In this document: positions 45,618 to 54,960 of the stretch, piece after piece
How positions within the stretch are numbered: the first letter of the stretch is position 1
How the letters are laid out: each line of letters starts with the position of its first letter
Assembly: GCA_965202805.1 (NCBI GenBank)
Contig: OZ241869.1
Location: forward strand, 1,440,001-1,504,000
Length of the DNA stretch: 64,000 nucleotides
From: Longimicrobiales bacterium
GTDB lineage: Bacteria; Gemmatimonadota; Gemmatimonadetes; Longimicrobiales; Gaopeijiaceae
Direction of reading: 5' to 3'
Made by a program: the position numbers and the translations under genes
The notes under the pieces: model-generated
Databases searched by the model: none
Told to the model about the DNA's origin: nothing
The model's input: the letters and a program-made list of their open reading frames with translations, nothing else

Positions 45618-46724
45618 ATGTCTACCCAGGTAACGGCCGGGCCTCCCGGCCCGGTTCTCGTGACGGGCGGGAACGGCTACATCGCGTCCTGGCTGGTCAG
45701 GCGACTGCTCGAACGCGGTTTCGACGTCCACGCGACGGTGCGCGACACCGGTGATCCCACCAGGACCGACCACCTGACCGCGGTCGCGAGGGGTCATCCC
45801 GCAACGCTGACCCTGTTTGACGCGGACCTCCTGGAGGCCGGCGGGTTCGATCGCGCGATGGCGGGGTGCCATATCGTCTTCCACACGGCTTCGCCGCTGA
45901 TCGTGCGGGACGTGGTGGATGCCGAGGGCGACCTTGTGCAGCCGGCTGTCCGCGGCACCCGCCACGTCCTGGAAGCCGCGAACCGGACTCCCTCCGTGCG
46001 GCGCGTGGTGCTTACCTCAAGTATCGTGGCCGTCTACGGCGACGCCGCGGATCTCGAGGGAATCGAGGCGGACCGATTCGACGAGAGCCATTGGAACTCG
46101 ACCAGCAATGCGCACCACCAGCCGTATTCCTACTCCAAGACCCTGGCGGAGCGGCTGGCGTGGGAGATGGCGGACGGACAGCACCGGTGGGATCTGGTCG
46201 CCGTGAACCCCGGCCTCGTTCTCGGACCGGGCCTTGGCCGGCACACGAGCGCCGAGGGTGTCCTGATCATGCGCGATCTCGGGAACGGCTATTATCGTTT
46301 CGGCGCCCCCGAGCTCGAATTCGCCATCGTGGATGTCCGCGATGTCGCGGAGGGTCACCTGCGCGCCGGGTTGATCCCGGAGGCCCGAGGCCGGCACATT
46401 CTGGTCGGTGAGACGCTGGGCCTGATCGAAGTCGCTTCGATTCTGCGGAATCACTTCGGCGACGGCTATCCGTTTCCGCGTCAAACCGTGTCGAAGGTGG
46501 TTGCCCTCATGCTCGCGCCCCGGCGGCGAATCCCGCAGGCCGTGGCGCGGCGCAACATCGGCTATCCACTCAGGTTCGACAACCGATACGCGAGAGACGC
46601 TCTCGGAATCACCTTCCGCCCCGCGGCGGAGTCGATTGTCGACCACTTCCGGCAACTACTGGACGACGGCCTGGTTTCGCGCGCAAGGCGAGACTCCCGA
46701 GACGCGCGGCGCCGTTTGCGTTAG
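45618..46724 (+). CDS. Extended SDR, NAD(P)-dependent aldehyde reductase / dihydroflavonol-reductase-like
   Basis: VLVTGGNGYIA, HTASP, LTSS, PYSYSK (YxxxK), VDVRDVA. Start ATG 45618 lies 6 nt after TATGTT (possible leaderless mRNA). Confidence 0.9.
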   Translation: MSTQVTAGPPGPVLVTGGNGYIASWLVRRLLERGFDVHATVRDTGDPTRTDHLTAVARGHPATLTLFDADLLEAGGFDRAMAGCHIVFHTASPLIVRDVVDAEGDLVQPAVRGTRHVLEAANRTPSVRRVVLTSSIVAVYGDAADLEGIEADRFDESHWNSTSNAHHQPYSYSKTLAERLAWEMADGQHRWDLVAVNPGLVLGPGLGRHTSAEGVLIMRDLGNGYYRFGAPELEFAIVDVRDVAEGHLRAGLIPEARGRHILVGETLGLIEVASILRNHFGDGYPFPRQTVSKVVALMLAPRRRIPQAVARRNIGYPLRFDNRYARDALGITFRPAAESIVDHFRQLLDDGLVSRARRDSRDARRRLR

Positions 46725-46997
46725 TTAACCGTCCTCCACGACGCGCTTCGCGGTTTCGTCGGCCAACTCGAACATGCCGGCCAGAATCTGCTTGCGCTTC
46801 AACCTCAGTTCCTCGACTCGTGCCCAGAGAGCCTGGCGGATCGCCGTAGTCGCGGCCTCGCGCACCTCGGGGGCCAGAGTGGTGTCGTTCCGGAACTCAT
46901 ATTTCTCGACCGCGAAATCCGCGATGTCCAGAATGTTATCTCCCACGATGTTCAAGTCGACGGAACGCTTGATGGTAATCGTCTTCTCTTCGCTCAT
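46725..46997 (-). CDS. 90-aa hypothetical protein, copy 2
   Basis: Start MSEEKTITIK at 46997 (GGGAG RBS); paralog of 32952-33224. Confidence 0.85.
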   Translation of the reverse strand: MSEEKTITIKRSVDLNIVGDNILDIADFAVEKYEFRNDTTLAPEVREAATTAIRQALWARVEELRLKRKQILAGMFELADETAKRVVEDG

Positions 46998-47053
46998 TGC
47001 TTGGTTCTCCCTGGAACGTGAAGTAAATCCATCGGGTTGGTTCAGACGCGCTT

Positions 47054-47395
47054 TCAGGACCCGCCGATGGCCTCGATGGCAGCGGCCCCCGAGACGTGCA
47101 CGTCGATCAACTGGTCGAATCCGCTGATGGCAACGACCTCCCGATTCAATTCGGTGAGCGAGCAGAGGGCGAACCTCCCGCGCGTGAACCTCCTGGCCAG
47201 GATCAGGCACACCCGGAGGCCCGCACTACTTATGAATTCGACACGCTCCATGTCCAGAATGAGGGCATCGTCCCCGGCCCCCAGCCCGCCTTCCACAAGT
47301 CCCTGAAAGTCACTCGCGCTCGCGTTGTCTATTCGCCCCAGCACCGAAGCGATCGCGATGCCTCCCTCGCGTCGCCACTTCACGTCAATTCTCAT
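47054..47395 (-). CDS. STAS-domain protein, copy 2
   Basis: FISSAGLR; near-identical to copy 1 except the C-terminus. Confidence 0.9.
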   Translation of the reverse strand: MRIDVKWRREGGIAIASVLGRIDNASASDFQGLVEGGLGAGDDALILDMERVEFISSAGLRVCLILARRFTRGRFALCSLTELNREVVAISGFDQLIDVHVSGAAAIEAIGGS

Positions 47396-47416
47396 CCTGT
47401 CCCTCCGTTTGGGATT
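47104..47416. repeat. 313-bp near-identical repeat; partner at 33327-33639
   Basis: By-eye alignment, one mismatch. Confidence 0.9.
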
Positions 47417-47465
47417 CTGGGATTAAGGGGAAACCCGTCACTCGCTATGACCTCACCTGACACGC

Positions 47466-47493
47466 CGTCGCATGTTGCATACGAAATGTCGCA
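47466..47493 (-). promoter_or_regulatory. TGCGACA-N14-TGCGACG direct repeat upstream of STAS copy 2
   Basis: Plus strand CGTCGCA at 47466 and TGTCGCA at 47487; 21-bp period. Confidence 0.6.
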
Positions 47494-47582
47494 AACCCGC
47501 GAAAGATGGCGCTCCGAGCGCAACGGGACAACCGCGAACTCACGCGCTCGCCCCGCTGACTCCCGCTGGCAGGGGTTATGCC

Positions 47583-48296
47583 TCAGGCTCCCCGCGTCGG
47601 CACGTCGCGGAACGGCAGCGACGGCGAACCGAAGGTGATCTCCTGCACCGCCTTCACGCTGCGGCCGCCGTACCGGAAGGGGATCACGAGACGGAACGGG
47701 GCGCCGTTCACGGGAGGGAGCGGCTCGTCGTTGAGCATCCACACGAGCATCGTCTGGGGATGACGCATGGTGGGGACTTCCTCGTCCGTGTAGTAGCCGT
47801 CGTGGGAGATGACGCGGCAGTAGTGCGCCGTGGGCGCCAGGCCGATCATGTCCAGGACGTCGTTGAAGCGGACGCCGGTCCACTTGACGATGCCTGTGGG
47901 CCGGGGCGCTCCGCACTGGAGCAGGGTCACCATGGAGTGCCGGGGGAGGTCCGCCAGGTCCTCGTAGCGCAGGGTGCCATGCAGGCGGGTGAGCCTGCTT
48001 GCGGCGATGCGGATGCTCGCGGTGCGGTAGTCGAGGTCGGTGTCGGGAGCCTCGCCCCCGGTGTATCGGTAGATGACGCCATCGATGGGCCCCGCGGAGC
48101 CCGGGGGATGCTCGGGCGCCGAGCCGTCGGCGTTCAGCGGCAGATCGGCGCGCGTCCGGATCTCGCCCTCCACCAGCCGATCCGGGAACTCCTGGGCTTC
48201 CTGCGCCAGCACCCGGTCCGGCTTCACCACCCCCATGGAAAGGCCGGCCACAGCCGTCCCCGATACCTTGATCGCGTCGCGTCGTGTGAGCTTCAT
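47583..48296 (-). CDS. Tat-exported molybdopterin-dependent oxidoreductase (sulfite oxidase/MsrP-like catalytic domain)
   Basis: LTRRDAIK twin-arginine signal; LQCG (Mo-ligand Cys), KWTGV, LPPVNGAPFRLVIPFRYGGRSVK; GGAGG RBS. Confidence 0.85.
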   Translation of the reverse strand: MKLTRRDAIKVSGTAVAGLSMGVVKPDRVLAQEAQEFPDRLVEGEIRTRADLPLNADGSAPEHPPGSAGPIDGVIYRYTGGEAPDTDLDYRTASIRIAASRLTRLHGTLRYEDLADLPRHSMVTLLQCGAPRPTGIVKWTGVRFNDVLDMIGLAPTAHYCRVISHDGYYTDEEVPTMRHPQTMLVWMLNDEPLPPVNGAPFRLVIPFRYGGRSVKAVQEITFGSPSLPFRDVPTRGA

Positions 48297-48512
48297 GGCG
48301 TGCCTCCCGGGCGTGGTGTTATGAGCCTGTCAACGGGGGTCAAGGTAGGATGAGGGGAGGGGGACGGCAAACGCGACGGCGGGTGGGATCGGGCTGCACT
48401 TCTGACCGGGAATCAGTGCGCAGTCTCTCGGTCCGGGTGGGACATCGTCAGGAGGCCGTACGCCTCCGCGGAGGGTGGCGGGTCCCCAGAGGTTGGACGA
48501 GCTGGCTCGTGT

Positions 48513-48540
48513 TACCATATGCCATATACCATATGAAGCA
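48513..48540 (+). repeat. Left island-flanking direct repeat TACCATATGCCATAT, inside three RCCATAT heptamers
   Basis: 48513-48527 is identical to 63454-63468; both are followed by CCATATG(A/T)AGCA. Confidence 0.8.
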
Positions 48541-48656
48541 GCTGGCGTTCGGCGGTACACCGGGGCCAACGCGCTCACGTCATGGCAAGCGCGGGCCGAA
48601 GTAAGGCACCGGACGCCTGGAAGGATCAGGAGCTGTCTGGTCGAAGCTGTCTCCGA

Positions 48657-51419
48657 CTACGATCGCTCCACGTTGACGTGGCCGCCCAAGCCCATCTCTT
48701 CGAGAATCTGCCGAAGCTCCGCTTCCATTTCGCGCGCGCGTTCCGAGTCGACGGTCACCGACAGCTCGATGCGCGCTCTGAGGTCGCTTCCAGACCTCAT
48801 CTTCGGCAACACCTTGATCCCGATCCGATTCCATGTCTCGGGCGGCACGGTTCCGACCAGCCGGAGTGTCGCCTCTCGCGCGGTCGGCTGCGTCTCCGTA
48901 GTCGGGTCAGTCTCCGACGTCAGAACGAGTGGCGGCCCAACAGGCGGCTCTGGCCGATCGGGCTCGGGGGCCGGGGACCGGAGCTCCTTGGCCTTGGCCC
49001 TGGTGAGCAGAAACATGCCGGCCTCGAAGACGACATCGTCCGGCGCAACCACCTCGTCGTGCCACACCCGATGGTACTCGCCACCGCTGCCGCTACCGGA
49101 GGCCAAGCCGAAGGTTCCATTCCCCACAAACTCCACGATCTTCCCGCGAAGCACGGCGTCTGGATCCACGAGGCGGGTAAGCGAGCCGTCGAGAAAGCTC
49201 TGGCGAAGCCCGGTCAGCGGCCAGGCGCCAGCTTCCTTCAGAGCAGGCGGCCAATGCCGCTCGATGTACCCGGCGCCCACGGACTCATTGAGGATGGCCT
49301 CCGACTTCAAAGCGCCAACGATCCGGCCACACAGGCTTTCGCTCGCACTGGCGTGACCGGCGCCAAGATCGATTACCCTCAGTCCCGTCCTGGACTTTGC
49401 ATCGCTGAATGCCACGAAGCGATAGCCTGCCCATACCTCGTCCCTCGCTTCTTCCTCGGCGCTCCTCACCTTCCTCCGGATATCGGCCCGTTCGGCGTGA
49501 TCGAACTCCGTTCCCAGAACCCCCTCTCTCACCTCGCGCTCGACCCGCTGCCAAGCGAGCCACAGTTCCACGCGTTCATGCAGTTCGCGGCCCGGTTTTT
49601 TCACGCACCATACCAGCGAACCCGGATACAACCGGGGAGACCTACCTCTTTCCTGTGTCCAGCCCGCGATATGCTCCGGTGCCTGACCATCGGCTCCCCA
49701 TTCCGTATCTGGATTCGCGATGACAAGCTTGAGGTGTGGCGAGTCCTGAATCTCCGTACTCTCCTCGGGGAACGAGACGACCCGCAGACTAGCACCCCGC
49801 GCGAACTCGTCTCGGACCAGCGTGCGGATGGCCGGATTGACCTCCTTCTCCCTGTCCAGTGACGCGCGGCGGTCGCTTACAACCTTCCTGAGCGTGGCCT
49901 GATGGTGGATCTTGAAACCGTCCGTCCCCACCTTGTGGATGAAGAAGCCCGATCCCTCTAGCGCCGCAGCGGCGTTGTCTATGGTCGTTGTCTCGACGTC
50001 CGGCTCGCCCAGCGCGAACCTCAACTCGGGCAAGTGAGCCACCTTGTCGACTTGTCCGCCGGACGATTCGAAGAGGATGGCTGCGCCAACACGGCGATGG
50101 ATGTCGCGGAGCGGACCCTTGGTATCCGCGTCCAATGCTCTGGCATGCGCCTCGCTTCCCGCGATATCCGCGATGATGGCAGCGTCGAGCCTCGATTCTC
50201 CCAACTGACCAAGGATGGTGCTTCGGAACCCTGAATCGTGGAGGGGCGCCGAACCCAGCGTGATCAACTGTTCCGTTCTCGCTTCCCTGAAGTGAGTTCG
50301 CGACGCCCAAGAAACCCATTGAGCCAGCATGGCCAAGGCTCCCCGGGTTTGCTGGAATTGCGGAAGCGCTCGCCATTTCCGCTGAAACACCGAAAGGGTT
50401 GCGGGATGGAACGGATAGCAGGCCTGGAACCGACTTCGGAGAGCATCCCTCGCTCTGGCCTCGGTTGTCGCCGTATCCACGGCCGTCCATTGGGGGGGAA
50501 GGCGGTTGCTCCTCTCGAAGCACCAGTCCGCATAGCTCCTGGCGATCCGGTTGCGGATTCTCGGGCTTCCCAGATCATCGAACAGCCTTCGGCGCACGAC
50601 CTCCCCGATCTCCGCCTCGTCATTGGCGATCAGATCACGCGCCACTCGACGCACAACCTTGGTGATGCGCTCCTGCCACTGCTGATCCCAGTCGGTCATT
50701 TCGACTTGGCTGCGGGGCAGACTGATGACCGCCGCCGCTTGCGTCCTACCCGTAACAGCAACGGTGAGGTTCTGGATGAAGGCGTGGAAGCCGTCTGCCA
50801 TGCCTCGGTGCCTGTTGACGAAGTTCAGGACTTCGTCGAACAACAACAGCACGGGCGCATCCGCGAGTGCGAATACCCTTCCGATGGCCTCCGTGCCCGG
50901 GGGAGTCGTGCTTGCGGCAGATCCGAGCGCCGCAACCCCCTGCTCTCCCGCCAGCTGACGGGCCATGTCGATCCACAAGGTCTCACGGCCTTCAGCCGGA
51001 TCCCATGCGTTGCCGACGAACACCGCAACCCGCGCTGCGGGAACTTGCCCGACACCCGTCTCGCGAAGGAGTGCCGGCACTCCTGGGAACCGCGCCGCGC
51101 CCAGTCCCGCGCTCGCCAGATGATACAACCCTGTCAGCGTATGGGTCTTGCCTCCCCCGAACTGGGTGATGAGGGTCAGCACCGGAGCGGTGTTCTCGCT
51201 CCGCCCCGAAAGGCGTCGTAGCACCATTCCGGAGTGCTCCTTCAACGCCCTCGTGAAGCAGGTTCGGGAGAAAAACTGACCGGGTTCCCGGTAGTCTTCC
51301 GGCGCGGTCCCGGCGACGACCTGCTCCAGCGCGATGGCGAACTCGTCGGGGCTGAAGGACCGCCCCTCGCGGACTTCCTTCCGGAGGGTGGCGACTTTGT
51401 ACCAGGGGTTACGGGTCAT
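48657..51419 (-). CDS. DUF499-family AAA+ ATPase
   Basis: PWYKVATLR, FFSRT, Walker A QFGGGKTH, Walker B LLLFDE, YPFHP, FQQTRGAL. Start moved to ATG 51419. Confidence 0.9.
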   Translation of the reverse strand: MTRNPWYKVATLRKEVREGRSFSPDEFAIALEQVVAGTAPEDYREPGQFFSRTCFTRALKEHSGMVLRRLSGRSENTAPVLTLITQFGGGKTHTLTGLYHLASAGLGAARFPGVPALLRETGVGQVPAARVAVFVGNAWDPAEGRETLWIDMARQLAGEQGVAALGSAASTTPPGTEAIGRVFALADAPVLLLFDEVLNFVNRHRGMADGFHAFIQNLTVAVTGRTQAAAVISLPRSQVEMTDWDQQWQERITKVVRRVARDLIANDEAEIGEVVRRRLFDDLGSPRIRNRIARSYADWCFERSNRLPPQWTAVDTATTEARARDALRSRFQACYPFHPATLSVFQRKWRALPQFQQTRGALAMLAQWVSWASRTHFREARTEQLITLGSAPLHDSGFRSTILGQLGESRLDAAIIADIAGSEAHARALDADTKGPLRDIHRRVGAAILFESSGGQVDKVAHLPELRFALGEPDVETTTIDNAAAALEGSGFFIHKVGTDGFKIHHQATLRKVVSDRRASLDREKEVNPAIRTLVRDEFARGASLRVVSFPEESTEIQDSPHLKLVIANPDTEWGADGQAPEHIAGWTQERGRSPRLYPGSLVWCVKKPGRELHERVELWLAWQRVEREVREGVLGTEFDHAERADIRRKVRSAEEEARDEVWAGYRFVAFSDAKSRTGLRVIDLGAGHASASESLCGRIVGALKSEAILNESVGAGYIERHWPPALKEAGAWPLTGLRQSFLDGSLTRLVDPDAVLRGKIVEFVGNGTFGLASGSGSGGEYHRVWHDEVVAPDDVVFEAGMFLLTRAKAKELRSPAPEPDRPEPPVGPPLVLTSETDPTTETQPTAREATLRLVGTVPPETWNRIGIKVLPKMRSGSDLRARIELSVTVDSERAREMEAELRQILEEMGLGGHVNVERS

Positions 51420-51455
51420 GGCGAATTCCCATCCTCCCACGTTGACTCACATTGC

Positions 51456-52742
51456 TCATTCAAGTGTCAGCTTGTTGAAATAGTGATCCAGGTCATTCAG
51501 ATTGGCACACAGTTGGACATCGGACGTGAGCAAGAGCTTCAGCACGGTGTTTTTCGCAAGCATCCGAATCTCGTCTCGCTCTCCTTTCGTCACCTCGTAG
51601 TGTCCGTCATGGACGATCTTAGAACGAATACGGTACAACTCCTTCGTTCGCTTGGCTATCCTTGCACGTTCCTCAACATTCCTTCCGAGCACCCTTGCTA
51701 CCCGTTGCGACAAACGGAAACTAAGTTCCTGTTTTTGAATCGGTAGCAAGACACACTCCAGAGAGATGGCGAACTGCAGAAACGATTCTTCCAACGTGGC
51801 CGCCACGCTGGCTCGGCCTCCCCAGCGGACTGAGTTTAGTAATATCTTTTCTGTCTTGTTGGGGTGTTTCTGGCATAACATATTCTCCACATGTTCCACC
51901 GCCTTCGCGATGGGCTCCGCACCTTCTCGGAGTTTGGTTAGGGACACGTGACCGAGCGGCCTTACTCGCGGCGGATCGTCGCCTTGTATGGATCCATCGG
52001 GTGCCACGGCCAAACGTAGAACAGGATGGCTCGCGGCAGCGTCGGGTGGGGGAATGAACAGCCAAGCCAAACAATACGGGATAAGATCTGAAAAAAAGTT
52101 CACGCATTCTATCGCAGCCCTTACTTGTCGCTCTCCAAGTACGACGGCAGCCCTCCCGTCTCGGGCCTCCGCAGTAACGATTGCGATCGGACGATCTAGT
52201 AGCGACTCAGACACTATGTCTTCAAAGTATGCGATGCTGGCTGACTCATCGGTGCCAAGCTCAACGTTCCGATGAGAAGTCAGAGCCGAAATCCGCTCTT
52301 CGTCACACTTCAAAAAACGGACCGGTCCAAAACGCGCTGGCAGAGATTCCGCGTCGAGCCCCCCAACAGGCACCCAGCACTTGTACTCTTTGGGTGAACT
52401 CTTCAGAACAGTCCTAAGCGTTGTGAGCGCATTGTTGATCCGAACATTCGGATCGCGGCTCCGTTGTTTTGGTATATCGACGGATTCGAAGACGGCATCC
52501 CTCAGAGCTGAATCGACGGCATATTCGGACAGGTCTTCTTGGCGAGCGAATTTGGTCAGAATCTCTTGAACGACCCGTCGATACTCTCTACTCAATTCAG
52601 CATCCAAGAACAGCATTCCCTCGCCATCCTTGGACCAAAAGGCGCCGGTGGGTGGGGGAAGGGTTCCAGGAACGGACCGAGCTGCCACCCCGACCCGCTC
52701 AAGAAAACTGCGCACGAATCGGAGACCCTTGGAGTGGCTCAC
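51456..52742 (-). CDS. HEPN-domain protein (ApeA/MAE_28990-like), putative RNase effector
   Basis: C-terminal ISLECVL...LSFRLSQRVA...LYRIRSKIVHDG (RxxxxH). GTG 52742 overlaps the upstream TGA. Confidence 0.8.
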   Translation of the reverse strand: MSHSKGLRFVRSFLERVGVAARSVPGTLPPPTGAFWSKDGEGMLFLDAELSREYRRVVQEILTKFARQEDLSEYAVDSALRDAVFESVDIPKQRSRDPNVRINNALTTLRTVLKSSPKEYKCWVPVGGLDAESLPARFGPVRFLKCDEERISALTSHRNVELGTDESASIAYFEDIVSESLLDRPIAIVTAEARDGRAAVVLGERQVRAAIECVNFFSDLIPYCLAWLFIPPPDAAASHPVLRLAVAPDGSIQGDDPPRVRPLGHVSLTKLREGAEPIAKAVEHVENMLCQKHPNKTEKILLNSVRWGGRASVAATLEESFLQFAISLECVLLPIQKQELSFRLSQRVARVLGRNVEERARIAKRTKELYRIRSKIVHDGHYEVTKGERDEIRMLAKNTVLKLLLTSDVQLCANLNDLDHYFNKLTLE

Positions 52743-54856
52743 GCTGCCCTCCCCCAACGCCGCTGGACGTACCTGACCGTATCCTTCACCGACAATGGCC
52801 GAGTCGCATTTCCGGTCCGAAGGTAGAATGTGGCGATGTTGCGCTCCTCCACGTAGACGGGTTCATCGCTGGACTCAACGGTAATCTGGCAGATGTCCGC
52901 CCCGTCGATCTCGTGGAATGTTATCGTCAGATAGGTCGACGATACGGGTCCTAGGTCGCGGGCGATGATCTGCTGCAGGTGGAGTTCGAAACCGTCCCTG
53001 TCGCTCTTCCTCAGGGTGGCGTAGTCGTCATCGATCCCGACCGCCGCACCCGAATCGTCTACACCGATGAGGAGCGTTCCGCCCCTGGCGTTCAGGAATC
53101 CGGCCAAGGTCTTGGCTACGACCTTTTCGAGGCCCTTGTTCACTCCCTCTAGCCGCCGGTCCCAGCGGAGACTCGACTTGAACTCAACGGCTTCGCTTTC
53201 TCCGGCAACCATCATCTGCCGAACGCTATGCTCATCGGTGCGTCCCTCTTCGCCTCTGGGGATCCAGCCAGCGATGAACTCGTTGATCGCACGGGCCAAC
53301 AGGGCACGGCGTGCGGCGAGAAAGTCGAGGTAGTTGTCGGGATCCCAGAGTTCGCGGTCCAGTGGGATGGACTGCGCCCGCAGGACACCGGGCTGGTTCT
53401 CGTTGACTTCGGGAAGGTACTCGGCGGGCGCCGAAGAACGGACCTCCCTCGGTGCCTTCTGCGTTAGGAACACCCGGTTGGCCAGCTCGTTGTTGGTCTT
53501 CCGGTCTCGATTGGAGTCGAAACCGGCCTTCTTTAGCACGGGAAGCGAGAAGACGTGGTGGCGGTCCAACACGTTGCTTCGCCCCATCGCTCTGTCGTAA
53601 ATGCGAATCCCCGTGAACCAATCTCGGGAACCTCTTGCCTGTGCCACAATCTGGGCCAGGGGTGCAGCAGTGGAACGCACGCCCGCTTCGACCAAGTCCG
53701 ACGTTTCAAGCGTCACTCGCCCGCGCTCGCGGAGAATCGCGGCCTCCAACTCCGGCGTGGGATCCGGGTCACTGCCCGTCACTAGGGCGACATCCTGTTG
53801 GAGCTTGGTCTCGGTGGCGCCGGAGTAGCGGGCCCACAGACCCGCCAGATAGATCCAGCGAATGAACCGCCGCTTGAGACTCTCGTTCGGAAAGCTCCCA
53901 CCCTGGCGCGCAAGAAAAATCGTGGCGGGCATGAGCATGTAGGTGGTGGGAAGGTCCTTGGCGTTGCCAACGAACGCTTCGTGTCGCAGCACGGCCACCA
54001 AGTGCTCGAACGCGGGCTGCATATCCCTCCATCCGGCTTGCAGCACCTCTGCGGGGGTCCGCAAGAAGGAACCCTCGAGCCGGATCGAGTCCGTCGCAAC
54101 ACCGGCCAGACACCTCAGGAAAAAAGCGAAGTCCATGGCAAAGCCCCGATCCGCCATCTTCGCCTGAAACTCCCGCATCTCCGCCCTGGCTTCCGGCCAG
54201 ATGCTGCAAACGTGCGCCAGCGCGAGGTCCGCAGCCTTCAGCGGCGTCCCCTTGCTGTTGATCCGATTAAAGATCTCGACGACTTCCGACACCCCGAACT
54301 CATCACCCGACACTTGGTCGATGGTGTATCGGTAGTCCCGGATCTGGTCGAGGCGACTGAGGTTGGCGAGATTCTGCTGAAACACGTCCCGCTCTTCCTC
54401 GTCGAGTTTCGGCATCCTCCTGAGCAGACCGTGCAGGGTCTCGCTCAGGAAATTGTGGACTCCGATCCATGCCGGGTTTTTCTGCATCCGGGTTTTCTGC
54501 CAGAAACGGAACTCCTCCGTTTGCACGTTGAAGTACAAGTCGAAGAACAGGCTCTCGCCTTCGTAGAACCGGGGAGGCCTTCCCCTGAACAACACGTAGA
54601 GCGTCGTCAAGCGCTGCTGTCCGTCCAGGAGGAGCAAGGACTTTCCGTCATCCGACGGGTCTGCGCCACGAACCACCGAAGGCTTGTAGGTGCTCCAGAT
54701 CAGCAGATGTCCCGTGGGATGTCCGCGGTAGAGAGACTGCATCAATCCCCGCACCTGTTTGCGGGTCCAGACGTATCCCCGCTGGAATTCGGGGAGCAGG
54801 ATTTCGTTCCGGCTGATCTGGTTCAGCAAGTACTCGATCGATCTCACCTCATGCAT
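52739..54856 (-). CDS. DUF262 (GmrSD-like) - HNH-like - Schlafen/AlbA_2 fusion protein
   Basis: LPEFQRGYVW, LDGQQRLTT, FNRINSKG (DUF262); DRHHVF...NELAN (DUF1524-like); ESEAVEFKSS and GFLNARGGTLLIGVDD (AlbA_2). Confidence 0.85.
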   Translation of the reverse strand: MHEVRSIEYLLNQISRNEILLPEFQRGYVWTRKQVRGLMQSLYRGHPTGHLLIWSTYKPSVVRGADPSDDGKSLLLLDGQQRLTTLYVLFRGRPPRFYEGESLFFDLYFNVQTEEFRFWQKTRMQKNPAWIGVHNFLSETLHGLLRRMPKLDEEERDVFQQNLANLSRLDQIRDYRYTIDQVSGDEFGVSEVVEIFNRINSKGTPLKAADLALAHVCSIWPEARAEMREFQAKMADRGFAMDFAFFLRCLAGVATDSIRLEGSFLRTPAEVLQAGWRDMQPAFEHLVAVLRHEAFVGNAKDLPTTYMLMPATIFLARQGGSFPNESLKRRFIRWIYLAGLWARYSGATETKLQQDVALVTGSDPDPTPELEAAILRERGRVTLETSDLVEAGVRSTAAPLAQIVAQARGSRDWFTGIRIYDRAMGRSNVLDRHHVFSLPVLKKAGFDSNRDRKTNNELANRVFLTQKAPREVRSSAPAEYLPEVNENQPGVLRAQSIPLDRELWDPDNYLDFLAARRALLARAINEFIAGWIPRGEEGRTDEHSVRQMMVAGESEAVEFKSSLRWDRRLEGVNKGLEKVVAKTLAGFLNARGGTLLIGVDDSGAAVGIDDDYATLRKSDRDGFELHLQQIIARDLGPVSSTYLTITFHEIDGADICQITVESSDEPVYVEERNIATFYLRTGNATRPLSVKDTVRYVQRRWGRAA

Positions 54857-54960
54857 ATGCCATCCTCGGTACTGCGGCGCTCGATGGGCTCAGTAGTCTC
54901 GACGGACGGTAACATATGTGCCGACGCAAGGCTCGCCCATGCCGCAGCATCGGACCAGCG

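Noticed and set aside
48514..48534. CCATAT heptamer repeats as a CRISPR array or iteron set
   Set aside because: Only two to three short units, no spacers, no cas or rep gene.
48300..48656. tRNA or integrase at the island border
   Set aside because: No cloverleaf or T-loop signature seen and no recombinase ORF on either side within the window.
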